From: Octopus bimaculoides
Taxonomy: Eukaryota
NCBI RefSeq assembly: GCF_001194135.2
Contig: NC_068984.1
Span: 146,445,896 to 146,509,895, forward strand
Length of the DNA: 64,000 nt
Direction: 5' to 3'
Shown: positions 33,018-46,200 of the stretch, piece by piece
Layout: each line of letters opens with the position of its first letter
Numbering within the stretch: the stretch's first letter is position 1
Notes under the pieces: generated by a model
Told to the model about the DNA's origin: nothing
What the model saw: only the letters and a program-made list of their open reading frames with translations
Databases searched by the model: none
Made by a program: the position numbers and the translations under genes

Positions 33018-33250
33018 TTCAATCTCTCTCTCTCTCTCACTGTTTCTCTCTCTCACTCTCTTTCACTCTCTTTCTCTCTCTCTTAGGTCCACTGAAACAT
33101 TTAGACAAAACGAACGCCGTCACCACTCACTGTCTCTTTCTCTCTCTTTCACTCACTCTCTTTCTCTCTCTTTCACTCACTCTCTTTCTCTCTCACCCCC
33201 TTTTCTCTCTTTCTCTCTTTCTCTCTTACTTCCTCTCTGTCCTCCTCTCT
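32824..33250. repeat. (CT)n-rich microsatellite tract (one of many simple repeats)
   Basis: Other tracts: (CA)n 50260-50347, TCAC/TCAA 52900-53220, (AAT)n 56470-56548, (TTTC)n 58640-58700, (GATA)n 60478-60533, (CAT)n 61760-61893. Most N gaps are flanked by such repeats. Confidence 0.95.
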
Positions 33251-33570
33251 CTCGAAGTCTGACACACAACACATCTACGTACAAAAACAAAATGTTAGCG
33301 TATTAATATTATTGATAATCCAGTCGAGGAATTTTCCGTGAATTCCTGCAAATAAAAGACGCCATGGTCATCTTGTGACTAGTTTTGGTCAAAGACCTTT
33401 TGATCAGAGGCAACCAGATTCAAATAACAACTGTATAGAATTCTGATTTGAAATCAATAAATTTAACTTGGGACGAAAAAAAAAAAAAAAAAAAGCATGC
33501 GAATTTCGTACATCTTTTTTCTCTAATTTGAAATTCTAATTTATGACCCCGCCAAAAAAANNNNNNNNNN

Positions 33571-33965
33571 CAGGCGTGGCTGTGTGGGAAGTAGCTTGCT
33601 TACCAATCACATGGTTCCGGGTTCAGTCCCACTGCGTGGTAACTTGGGCAAGTGTCTTCTTCTATTGCCTCGGGCCGACCAAAGCCTTGTGAGTGGATTT
33701 GATAGACGGAGACTGGAAGAAGCCCGTCGTATATATGTATATATATATATGTGTGTATGTGTGTGTGTGTATATATGTTTGTGTTTGTCCCCCCAACATC
33801 GCTTGACAACCGATGCTGGTGTGTTTACGTCCCCGTAACTTAGCGGTTCGGCAAAGAGACCGATAGAATAAGTACTAGGCTTACAAAGAATAAGTCCTGG
33901 GGTTGATTTGCTCGACTAAAGGCGGTGCTCCAGCATGGCCACAGTCAAATGACTGAAGCAAAATA
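33571..33965 (+). repeat. tRNA-derived SINE with internal (TA)n/(TG)n (octopus OR/OK-type class), representative copy
   Basis: Head caggcgtggctgtgtgg..ggttcagtcccactg, tail ..gtgctccagcatggccacagtcaaatgactgaa. Related copies at ~2325-2480, 8725-8880, 14390-14475, 25295-25375, 34330-34425, 56990-57420, 58730-59100, 63150-63310. Confidence 0.8.
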
Positions 33966-34054
33966 TAAAGAATAAAAGACTAAAATGGTTGTCTCAAATA
34001 ACTGCAAACATCAGGGAAAAGACGCAAGTTTGAATTAAATTTAGTATGACTGAG

Positions 34055-36829
34055 TTATTTCCCTTCAATCATTCTGTCGTTTTTGTTTAAACTCTTAACA
34101 AAACTTAACTCATTTTCATATCGTTTTTCAATTCTCTTGATTGTCTTGGAAGGTATTTCCGGTAGAATTAAAGTGTCAAGCTTTAAGTCTTCTGTTGGGT
34201 CACACAAACCAGTGGCTGTTTGGCGGCTCCGATAGCTCGGGAAAGGAGCTTGTGGCTGGAAAAGAAAGAAAAGGAACAGATAAAACACGTTGTACGTAGA
34301 AGCACAGACATGGCTTCCGCGTGATTAAGAAACTCTCCTTGTAATCAACTGCTATAGTCCCGGGGCCGACCAATGCCCTGTGAGTCAATTTGCTAGACGG
34401 AAACTGTGTGGAAGCCTGCCGTATATATACATACTTACATACATGCATGCCTACATACATATATGTATGTTATGTGTGTGATTGTGTTTGCCCCCACCCC
34501 ACCGCTCAACTCCGGTTGGAACTTTGTATTCCAAACTGGTTTCATTTATTATATATTTTTGTTTTTCTCATTTCTGTCTCCATCAAACATTACTGTTTCT
34601 TCGCAAACTGTAGGGGAGGGTGAAGGAGACGCGTATTGTTGGGACGAGTCGATGGCGCTGGTGAACTCGGCACCAGCCCAGTTACCTATCCACATATAAA
34701 CTTAAGCTTAAACGAATGAATAACTTTTTCTGCATATTGTTGACTTAAGGGATTACAGGGTTAAAATGACGACCACATACTTTAAGGGCTAAAGCTTAGG
34801 GAAATATATTCCATAATAACAACAGAGATGGCCCTGTAAGAATTGTTCATTGAAGAAGGTCTTGTTTGATCAGTTGCCTCTATGCTATGGGTTTACCAGT
34901 GTTGGATTCAACTGGGTTAGAAAAACAATCAACAGACGAATAATACACAAACATCGTATTTGCCGATTTTCTTCTATTTTTTAAACTATATTTTGTGAGA
35001 AAAACAAACTTACTATATTTCGTCGTACACTTACTGAAAGATGTTTTAAAGTGGTTTTGTGAGGAAAAGTGTACGATTCTGTTCATGTAAATACAATATT
35101 GGGACAGAAGAGTGGAATAAATTATGAAACCCAAAATTTATCACAAATAAACTACATTATACGAATCTCTGTGTTTTCTTCCAGATCAATTGTATACTTG
35201 ATTTTAGTCAAGAGGATTGCCATACAGCAAATAAAATTCGTATTTCTGGTTGTGATGTTAACAGTTTTTGGCTACGAGGGTGCATGAAAGTTTGGTAGCA
35301 TTTCGTTCTCTCAGAGAGCTAGAAGAATTTTTCATTTAAAAATAATTAAAAATTGTTTCTTAAATGTAATACAATCATTAAATAATGTAAGACGTACATC
35401 AGATGTTGGTTACGTATGTTGAAGTAAGAGGTATAACGAGAATGAGGTGACCTCTCTACACAACCGCCGACGTTTTCTATACAATTATTTTGCAAGTTTT
35501 GTACTAACAGATTAGGACAATTTGACTGGTTTTCATATATCTTATTATTAATAACAATTATTGTGCCTACAGTACTTATGTTCTTCCGTCTCTCTTGCCT
35601 ACGAAACTCGGTCTCCCATCCATAAATACGGCTGCATAAGACGCAGGGCAATATTTTTTTAAAATACATTTTAAGAAGCATGAAAAAGCGTGTTTTATAC
35701 ACCGACGAATACAGTAATTAGAAAAGAAGATCTCAGCTTAACCACAATACTCTGCGGACAAATACAATGAAAAGCAGAAGAGTTTGTCTTACTTGTCTCA
35801 TCATATACCGCACCAAGCTTGTATCGTAGTAGGGCTTCAAAGAAGAGAACACATACGGTTGGTACTGGACTCTAGCGAAGCGATGAGAAAACGGAAAAAG
35901 AAAATAGAAGTTTGTAAATTAAATTAACATTTCAAACACGCAGCGTAATTCAGAAGTGACTTTCGTACTTAAATGAGATATAAAACTATTTTACTGTTTC
36001 AGTTTTTTTTTTCATATTATCTTTGTTATTTTGTTATGAATACATACATACATACATACATACATACATACATACACGTACATGCACACGCACATCCATG
36101 CATGCATGCATGCATGCATGCATGCATGCATACATACATACATACATACATACATACATACATACATGCATACATATAAAACCCCTTTGAATGACCAGCA
36201 CATGGAATCTATGACTCTATACTATCCATTTGTAATCACAAAATATGAACTCCTATCAGAATCTACATACCATGGACAGGAAGCCTTCCTACCCATTCTA
36301 CCGACACACCGCTTTCCTTGGATAATGGAACTCCAACTGTAACATCCCACATATATCTTTATTTCTATTCTCTTATTTCCCTTTATCCTTCCTATCTCCA
36401 TTCTTTTCCAAAACAACTCCTTATAGAGAACTCTATTAATTCCCTCTACTATTTCTACTATATATAAATATATCTGTCACATACCTGCGATAAATATAAG
36501 ATATAGGATATAGATAAGATAAATAAATCTCTATAAAGAGCATGGATACATACAACATACGAAGTGAACCCATCCACACACACACAAACACAAACACAAG
36601 AAATTTCATGGACGGCCACATGAATGTGAAGAACACGTTTAACACCGACAGCAGCTGCGGCGGTGACGACGATGGCAACAGCAACAACAACAACAACTAC
36701 CACGATGGCAACAACGTGGGCGAACACACAGACACAGAGGAATACAGGGACAGCAGCAACAGAATGGGGCTGAGGGGAAGGCCACACTTCTGTTAAAAGC
36801 TATGACACACACACAAACATACACACACA

Positions 36830-36866
<37 letters not shown>

Positions 36867-37199
36867 GGACACAAACGCCTGCGCGCATAAGGATACGCAT
36901 CTAAGAAGAACAGAATGGAATAAGTGGAGCAAGAATACACATGAAAACGAAAAGTGTCGCTAAAGAGGTCACAGATGTGTGACAAAAGATTTGCAGGCAA
37001 TGGACATGAGTTAAGAATAATGAAATAAGAACAGGAATAAACGAGTGAAGAACAAGTGTATAGTGCGTGTGTTTAGTTGGCAAAAAAAAAAAAAANNNNN
37101 NNNNNNNNNNNNNNNNNNNNNNNNNNNNNNNNNNNNNNNNNNNNNNNNNNNNNNNNNNNNNNNNNNNNNNNNNNNNNNNNNNNNNNNNNNNNNNNNNNN

Positions 37200-37234
<35 letters not shown>

Positions 37235-40200
37235 ACTATACACACACATACACACATATCAGTAGTACAAGAGAAAATAGCCATCATAATGTAAATACAT
37301 CTTTGAAAAGCAAATTTACTGCTGTATTCGTCCAAAGATAACAACAATAAGGACTGCAAAATTAACAGATATTTGATTGTATCAGTTGCAGCGTGTTGAA
37401 AAGATATGAGTTAACTTCGATGGGATTTGAAAAGAAATCCAAAAGGGACGTAGCTAAGCACCAAAAGACATTTATTCAGTTCGGTGCTCAACCATTTCCG
37501 ATCCGCTAAAACAAAGCAATGCAAACGAAAACGAAACGATAAAACGATTTATGACTTACTGTGGCGGTTTGGAAATCTTCGACGCTGTTTCTTGAAGGAT
37601 TTTTTCCAGTTCTTTGAACTCTTGGAAATATCTTGGGTTGACTGTTAAAAGAAGTTCGATAAAAACAGGCGTGTTCTTCATAACACAAAGAAATCGATGT
37701 TAATATATATATATATAAAATTAGAATTAAGTGTTAACCTTTGACGAACTTTCCAGACGACTTATGTCGTCTCAAAACCAAGTTTCTAAAGATGTTTCTG
37801 TTGATGTGTTTTAACCAAAATTAATTATTAAACAAATAAATCTTTTGTCTTCGTTACGAGTGCAAATTATAATTGACGGCAATTGTTTGGCTCATGGCGT
37901 TAAATGAATATATACACATTAACTCATGTTACATCACAGTCTACCAGAGACTAACTACTACACCATATCATGCTCTACTGCAAATGATTGTAAATCCGTT
38001 GTAAATCTACCAAATAACTTTGTGCTTAATCATGCTCTATGAAACACTACGGTATCGTGCTCTATCAGACACTACTGTGCTTTTTTTTTTTTTTTTCTCT
38101 AGTGTGCTCTACCATCCAATCTTGCAATGTGCTGGCGCAGTGTGGCATGCTATAAATGACAGTTTTACCTTTACCAAAAGACTTTGATTTTGATTTAGAC
38201 GAAGGATTCTTGGGTTGTTTACGAAGCTTTAAGATAAACATTTCAGATTTTGTTTCTTTCGTCAAACAGGTTTTTTTAATTTTCACTTTTTTCCTCAGAA
38301 AACATTTTCTATGGTATTCTCCAATATTATCTTCATTATCCGACGTAGACCCCGCCGAATCGTTGGACCTGACCAAAGTTTTCAGCAGTTTCTCTTTCAA
38401 CAAATTATCATTTTCCGAGTCAGTCTGTTGCTTTTTTATGCTTCTTTGTGAAATTGTTTTCATATTATTAACGAAAACATGTTCTTTTCCTTTACGAAAA
38501 AGCAGATGGTTGCTCGAATCGACTGCGTTTGTTTTCTTTTTTTTAGCAGACGACATTCCAGTAGAGGTTCTTTTCTTATTGACGACCAAATCTTTATTCA
38601 GTGAAGTTAGATATCGGTTGCGTATACAATTGCACTTGTTGTTCCTGCAATTATTTTGATTAAAAGTGTTTAGTTTGGAACCATTAAAATGTTTCGCTTT
38701 ACTGCTTTTATGCGGATGCATATGTGCCGGAGTGAAGGTATTTGTTGGCGACAGGCTGTTTAACTGAGTTGATAAAGGTCCCTTCGAAGAATCTGTACCA
38801 TGTGAATCAGTAAAGTCTTTCGAAGATGATTTGCTATCAGTAGCATTCTTGGAGTTATTTTTCGGTGATAATGGTGAGCTGGGAGTGAGTTCTTGGAATG
38901 AAGAACCTACGAGGTTTGGTAATTTATCGCTCTTGTATAACGACGGTAAACCATGATAATACACTTCAGCGTCTTTCATAGCCGTACATGAAAGGGAATT
39001 TGTTTCGTCATCAACCTTCAAACAAGTGTTTCTGTTAATACATGTTTCAATTTCTGTTGCCAATCCTTCATCGATAGGATCAACAACCGACATATTTCTT
39101 TGTCTGGCCATTTCGATTTGAGTCTCAACGTTTTGGTTCGCTGTCATAGTTTTATCATTTGGATTCGTTTTACAGCTGGGAACAACATACTTTTGGTTTA
39201 TTGATGATTTCGTCGACACTGTAGCTATTGACGGCATATTCTTCGATTTGAATTTCGCTTTACCATTTCGTGTGTGACTTTCAGGCATTTTAGAGTCGTT
39301 ATCGGAAATATTCCTTCGTTTTTTCATTTCTGATTCTGATACACTTGAACCGATTTTTGGTAAAAAGGATGAATTACTTTTCACACAATTCCTACATTTC
39401 GCATTTTTAATATGACAATCTTTGGTACTTAATTGTTTATTGCTGATCGATGTCTGAATTGTATCGATTGGCTTAGAAAAGGCGATGCTACACTTGTTTT
39501 TATCTGATATCGCATATGTGTTTGCGATGTTATTCGACGTGTTTGAAATGGCGAGTTTCTCCATCTCCCCGTCGGTTGCCGTCTTACGGTTTGGAATATT
39601 GCTTCTCGGTTTATCCAGTTTCGTAGCGTTTTCTACATCGCTCGGATTCTTTCTAACTTGTAAATTATTTTTACCATATTTTGAATGACTAGCATCACTA
39701 CTTTGAAATACTTTGCTACGAACTTTGGTCGTCTGCCCTAGTGTTTGAGAGTTTTCATTGTTATTTGTTGTAGATCTGGGAGATTTCAGAGGTAATGTGG
39801 CCCTGTCATTCGATATATTCTTACAGGGTGCTGCAACCATTATAGGTTTTCTGTCAGTTTGTTCATAAGGTTTAGCAAAGTAATTCCTTGTTTCATTCTT
39901 AATGTGATCTGTTGCTGCAGTCTTTTTATTTTCAGGGTTATTTTCTTGAAACGGACTACAAGACGTATATTTTGTAGATTGACTGAAACTTTTTTTACGT
40001 TCAAAAATGTTTGGTAATTTCCCACCAGAGACAGTTTTTGATTGTTGTTGATTTGGTTGTTGCCGTTGTTGTCCATTTGTTTTAGTTACACTGGTCATAT
40101 ATTCCGACTGCTTTTCGTTTGTTTGCTCATCTGGTATTTCCTTTGCTTCTTCACATTTTGTTGGAACAGCTGTGTCTTTATTTAACTCCGGACTACTATT

Positions 40201-43200
40201 CCCTGATGTAGAATTCGAAGAGTTTATAACTATAGTTCCCAAAGGGTTTAGAATAGAACTGAAACTATAGGCGAAGCTGTTCTCTGACAGCATGGGGAAT
40301 GTGTTCGTTTCAATAATTTGATCCAAAATTTCTTTATCGAAATTAAATTTAGAGCTATTCGCCTCGTTATGGGATATTTGTAATATTTCCTTCTTTTCCA
40401 CGACTTCTTTCATTGAAGTGTTTTCATGACCGGAAGTAGAAACATTTCTGTGAACTGATATAATAGTTGATTTTTTAGTATCGCAAATATTTGAGATTCC
40501 ATTACTGCTATCAGCGCCATCTGCTCGGTTTTGTACTGTATTCACCCAAATGTGCTCCACAATATCCGGTTTTTCTGTTACACATTCATCCAACGGAACA
40601 GAATCATCGGCCTGAGTGGATGTTTTTCTTGTAATTGTCTTTAAGATATTTCCAAAATCATTTTGGACATTTCCTGATGTAATTTCGCTGTTTTGTTTCT
40701 CTGGGTTCGAAACGTTAATACGAAGAGTGTTACAAGAAGCAGAATCTCCTTCGATGTTTCTGCCTGTTGCTGTTTCGTTTGTGTTATGTTTTACCTCATC
40801 TTTAGCGACAGCAAACGGCTCCCCTTTTGTATTTTCATCAACGGTAAACTGTCTTGTAATATTTGGCGGATTTACATCTGCGTTCTCTGTAGACTGGATG
40901 GTAACTATGTTTGATGGTATACCATTAACTGCATCATGCAACGCTTGCGATTTGGTGTTCGAATCACACACGTTTCGGTTTCCATTTGGAAGAGATCGAT
41001 TGGTGTCAATCAATACAGATTCGATTGTAATTTTGGTCTTTGAATCAGAAATAACTTTTGCTTGCTTTGTTTCTGAAACTTTTTCATTTTGATTAGTATC
41101 GAACTGGCAATTCAACCCCTGTATTGAAGGATTATTGATTTCTTCAGTTTCTTCTTCATTCCCATTAGAAGTCTGCATAACAGTTGAGTTCTGAGTATTG
41201 TTGCCAGGAGATTCAGTTGGACAATTCCTTTCTGATACAACTCCAGAATTCGATGCTTCTTGCACTTTTTCTTCGCTAGAAATTTTCAGCATTTCTTCAA
41301 TGCCATTTGAATGATTCTTCTTATAAACTTTAAGTTTACCATTTACATTTTGTCCTAGTTCGATCGTATTTTGTTCTGATATTTCATAAATTTTTTCAGC
41401 CTTTTTCGCTGTCACGACGGCAACTAATCTTTCTTTTTGTTCAAAAATCTTCTCTGAAATAGTCTCAGGGAATTCTTGTAATGGTTTCCCCTCCGAAACT
41501 GTCTTAAAACAGAGGCTGTTTTGATCTTGGTCGTTGATAGACGCATTACGAGTGTCATTGTCATCGTTTTGTTCTTTAATAAAGTCAGAGATGTTCACCA
41601 ACAGCTTCTCAGTCGTATTGTTTGCCATTTTCAGTTGCGCTTGTTGTATTGTATTTTTCTGAATATAACATGTGTTATCACCGACGTTTATTGCAAGACA
41701 TGTTACATAGTCTTTTACACCAATTCTTGTTTTAGAGACATTTGTAATGTCCATTTTAACCAAATCCAAGCAATTTTCTACGGTTTTGTGGAATGGCGTA
41801 ACTTTGGAAGAGTTCCTGGCACTATCTAACATTTCGGGCGACGTACTCGTTGCTTTCGTATTTTTATACATTTCTGTACAATGGCTTCTAAACGCTTTTT
41901 CTATTGGATCGTTGTTAGTGTTAACGAAATTATAACCAATCCCTATCAAATCACTAGGTTTCGGATAGCTGATGTTTGCAACATTTTCCATGATATATCT
42001 TGCTAAATTTTCTTGTATGTACGCAATATCTTCGTTTCCTTCACGATCACGACAGTGGTGTGTGGTTGCAACATCATCCAGTGAAATGGTAATGGAATTT
42101 TGTCTAGACTTCGCTGTTTTGGTGTTTGATAATGAAAAATTAATATCTTTTGTCCTACATGCAACTTCTGTAGAAATATTCCTCGTATCACCGACTGGAA
42201 ATGTGGTGACGTCATTGTCTGCGATGGCTGAACACTTTGTGTTATTTGCAGAACCTTCCTCATATTTCATCACATACTTGTTCGATGCGATATTACTTGA
42301 TAAGGCGGCTGCATTTGTTAACGGAACTGTTGGCACATCAATGTCTGAGGCGACACATTTTCCTGCATTACCGTTCGATACGGCATTAATTGAAGAGCAA
42401 ACACGTGAAATGTTATTATTCGTCCTAATATCGTTCGATACGACGCTGCTAGAGGCGACACTTGAGTTACTATCGTCTGATTGGACGTTATTTACGAAGG
42501 TATCACGTGATGCGACATCTCCGCTCGAGATGGTGCCGTTTGATACAGTAATACTATTTAATGAATCGCTATTTGATACAGTATTGTCAGATATATCAAA
42601 AACTATATTTTTGTCTACATTTGATGACTCGACCGAGTTATACAGAGCAACGTCTGTCGGGTTAATCTTTAATTTTGTTGGCAGACTGTTTGGTAACTCC
42701 ACAACGCTAGTCTTTTCTTTTCCGCCATCATTACTTTCAGGTTCAAAATAACTAAACTCCTTCTCTTTTGAACTTTCATTTTGCCCTGTGTTCAAAGTAA
42801 GTTGAGATTCTTCACGATCTTTTCTCGCTGCTTCTTCTTCCAAAAGGTTGCTGGTATCTTTAACTATTATCTTACTGGTTACAGTTTGCATTGTGTTTTT
42901 CTCGGGAAATGTTTTGATTGGTTCCTCACCAATTGATTCCATGTCCCCCTTTATTTTGCTTTCTTTACAAAAAATCTCTTCTTCTCCAATACAACCATCG
43001 ACTAAAGAATACGGCATACTTTCAATAATGTACGCTAGGGGATCATAGAAAAAATTGTCGACACCAAAATTGTTCTGGTTACAAGTTATTTTGTCAACGA
43101 CCGAAGCAGCAATTAAATCATTATCTATAACAACAGCGTCTTTCAACTGTTCTGCTGATAGGTTTTGCGAACTATTTAACGAAATGACGCCGCTAGCTGA

Positions 43201-46200
43201 ATCGGTTTCCGTGGTACAAAAGGAAGCTTTAATCTTCTCTGGCAAATCTGAAGAGGTTAAGTTTTCAGTTAAAACCACATCATTCATTTGATTTGGTCGT
43301 ATATAACTTGTAATGCCGTCTGCTCGTTCGCTGTATATATTCACCTCTTCTTCGTCAAACTGGACTCTGATATCTCTTCTACGATGGCCACCGTCTCCAT
43401 TTCCGTTCATACCGTATTTACCGCTAATAAAACCGCAAACTCTCTTCGTGATCGAACAGCGTTCCTGACCGGTTAATTTACCTTCGATTCGCAGGGAAGT
43501 ATTCGAATTCTCCTCTCGGAATCCACTTTCACCAATAGGACCAGAGGAAGGGGATAACAGTTCCTTTTGAAGGGAAATTCTATAATTTGTCATCTTCGGT
43601 AAAGACTTACTTTTGTCTGTTTCTATTAGCTTGTTGTCCATTTCTTCAATTGAGAAATATGCAAATCGTGGTATCTCGAAAGTAAATTCCTCTGAGCGTT
43701 TATTCCTCGCAAGTCGCTCGTTCGACTCATTATTCTTGACGTTTGAACTTCGATCGTCAATAAAACCGAAAGAATTGGTGCTATTTTGTCGTTTTACCGA
43801 AGTAGCAACATTGGTTTCTTCATTTTCTTCTACACTAATTTTTGTCTGGGTTTTCTGTGCATATTTCGCAGATAAATCGCCACAGTTTTTATCTCCGTTG
43901 CCGTCGTTAGATATAGATTTATAATTTTTATCCAAATTCGAACCAGACGTACTTATGTGACCGTTGTCTCTGCTTATTGCATCATTTGAAACATCCGAGG
44001 AACTTGTACGACTTGTCTCAGCATCCACTACGTCAGAGAATGCTAAACGATTAGTTCCACTTCCAATCATATCGGTTAATGCAAACAAAACCCCCGCTTT
44101 CTTCAACGTGTAACTTTCATCAAAGACTTTTGTAGCTGAGGTATCTTTTTTCGATACGGTTTCTTTTGTCATTGGTTTTAAAGCATCGTCTGCATTTTCT
44201 AGTTGAAGTACCTTACTGCCGTCTTTTGCTGTTGCATCACTGGTTTCGAAATTTGAAGACACAGTTCCATCTTTGAAAACTTCCTCTTTCTCTGTTTGTA
44301 CTAACGACCCGTTATTATCGGTCAAATTCTTCAACTTGTCTTCTGGCGAAATACTAACGATGTATCCTGGTTTGCATTCTGCTCGATTTTCTAGTTTACA
44401 AGCATATGGGTTAATCGTTCCTTCTTTTATTTCATTATTATTTTCCAGGCTGGCCTTCGAATTATTCGAAAATTGGCATTTTGAAGAATTTGATGTTTCT
44501 ATCAGCTTACAACCCAAGAGAGAAATAATATCCCTCAGTTTGGTCTTTTCAAATGCGAAAATGGGAACATTGATTTTTTTAGTCTTGCATGGATCTCCGC
44601 TAGAATCCGTTTCGTTTCTCGCGTCTTTGTCAGCGAAGCATGCAGTTTCGTCAGATTCTGGCAAGTCAGAACGAATGCTTTTGTCATTAGTTGTAAGACC
44701 ATCATTGAGAATATCCTGGGACGTTGTAATCATTTCATATTTACTACTCAAATTTTCAGGTAGTCTTTTGGTTAGATTTTGTTCAGAATTTCTGTTAATG
44801 AGAATGTTAATTGTCCCAGGGGTAGAACTACTGGGTAACGAACCTGTATCGTTTTCTTTTGTAATGTCGAGAATATTTTCCTTTTTGCTTATCAATGGAC
44901 ATTTTAAAGAACTATTTGTTTGAATTATTTCTGATCCTAACGGAAGCATTTCTTGATCGAATCCAGCAAAGGATTCTTTTCTTATAGCAAAGCTATCGAT
45001 TTTCGAAACTGGCCCTGTAGCACATCCAGTTGTCTTTTGGTTAATATTCGTGTTGGAATTATTACCGTTCAAAAGCTCAATGTTAACACCACAATCATAT
45101 TTAGGTTCGCCGTTTTCTAACGAAAGTTTGTTACTGTTTGAGATGATATCGCACGATTTAGAAAAACATTTTGGAAGCAACAACAAATTGTTTCCTTCCA
45201 CGTTAAGAGAAATCTTTTCTTTAATCTCAAGAGTGTTATCGGCATCACTTGCCTGTAACGTCACAGCTGGAACCTTTGAACTCTTTTGGATGCTGTTTGT
45301 TTGATAGGGATTTCGAACTAAGTCTACACTCGGACTACAAGGCAACATTTTTGGTATAAATAACTCATCACCGATTGGGAACTTAACTGAAATAGCCGTT
45401 TTATCAAACGATTCAGGCGTTTGTTGCTGGTGTTGTTCTTGTGATACTTGTTCAACACAAGGAAAACTATCCTTTATTTTCGCAGTATCTTTGCTTGACA
45501 TTATTTCCATGGAAGACTCACTGTTTCCATTCGAGTATTTTATAAAATTTGGATGTTCTGAACTGACCACGTGATATTTCGGATGTGAATTTTTCTGGCA
45601 TATTACAGGAACTCTATTTTGCTCAGACAGACACTTGGTTCTGTCATCGAGCTGCAAGTCGGGATTGGCTTTTATAAAAACATAAGTAACACATTTCTTT
45701 GTATTTTCACCGGATAATTTACCCCCTTCGGTGTTTGTAAGCTCTTCTTCGTCCATGCATGTTTTACTGTCATTTTCAGGATCGTTAATGCAATTAATTT
45801 CTTTTGGGAGCTTTTCTATGTATTTTGTTTCGTTTCGTTTTGTTTTTGATGTGCTCTTCATTGTAATTGGAGAGGACATTGCTAAACAGTCATTAGAATT
45901 GTTTTGTGATGGATTCCCCACAATAACTGGCTTACCATCACCATTTAGTATTGTAGCTTCATTGAAAAGGATATCGCTTTCTCTTTGTTGTACATTTTCG
46001 CTGTTTTTATGTGAATTTTCATCATTATTCATTATCTCCGCTGACGCGTCATCTTCATTTTTCTCTTTTGAAACATCTGCGATATTAGTTTGAACTTGTT
46101 CGCTGTTTTCTTTTAATGTTTCGCTAGTTACAACATCGCTGTTATATTTTGGTGAATTTTGGTTTGTGTTTTTTCCTTGATCATCGATCGATCCACGAGG

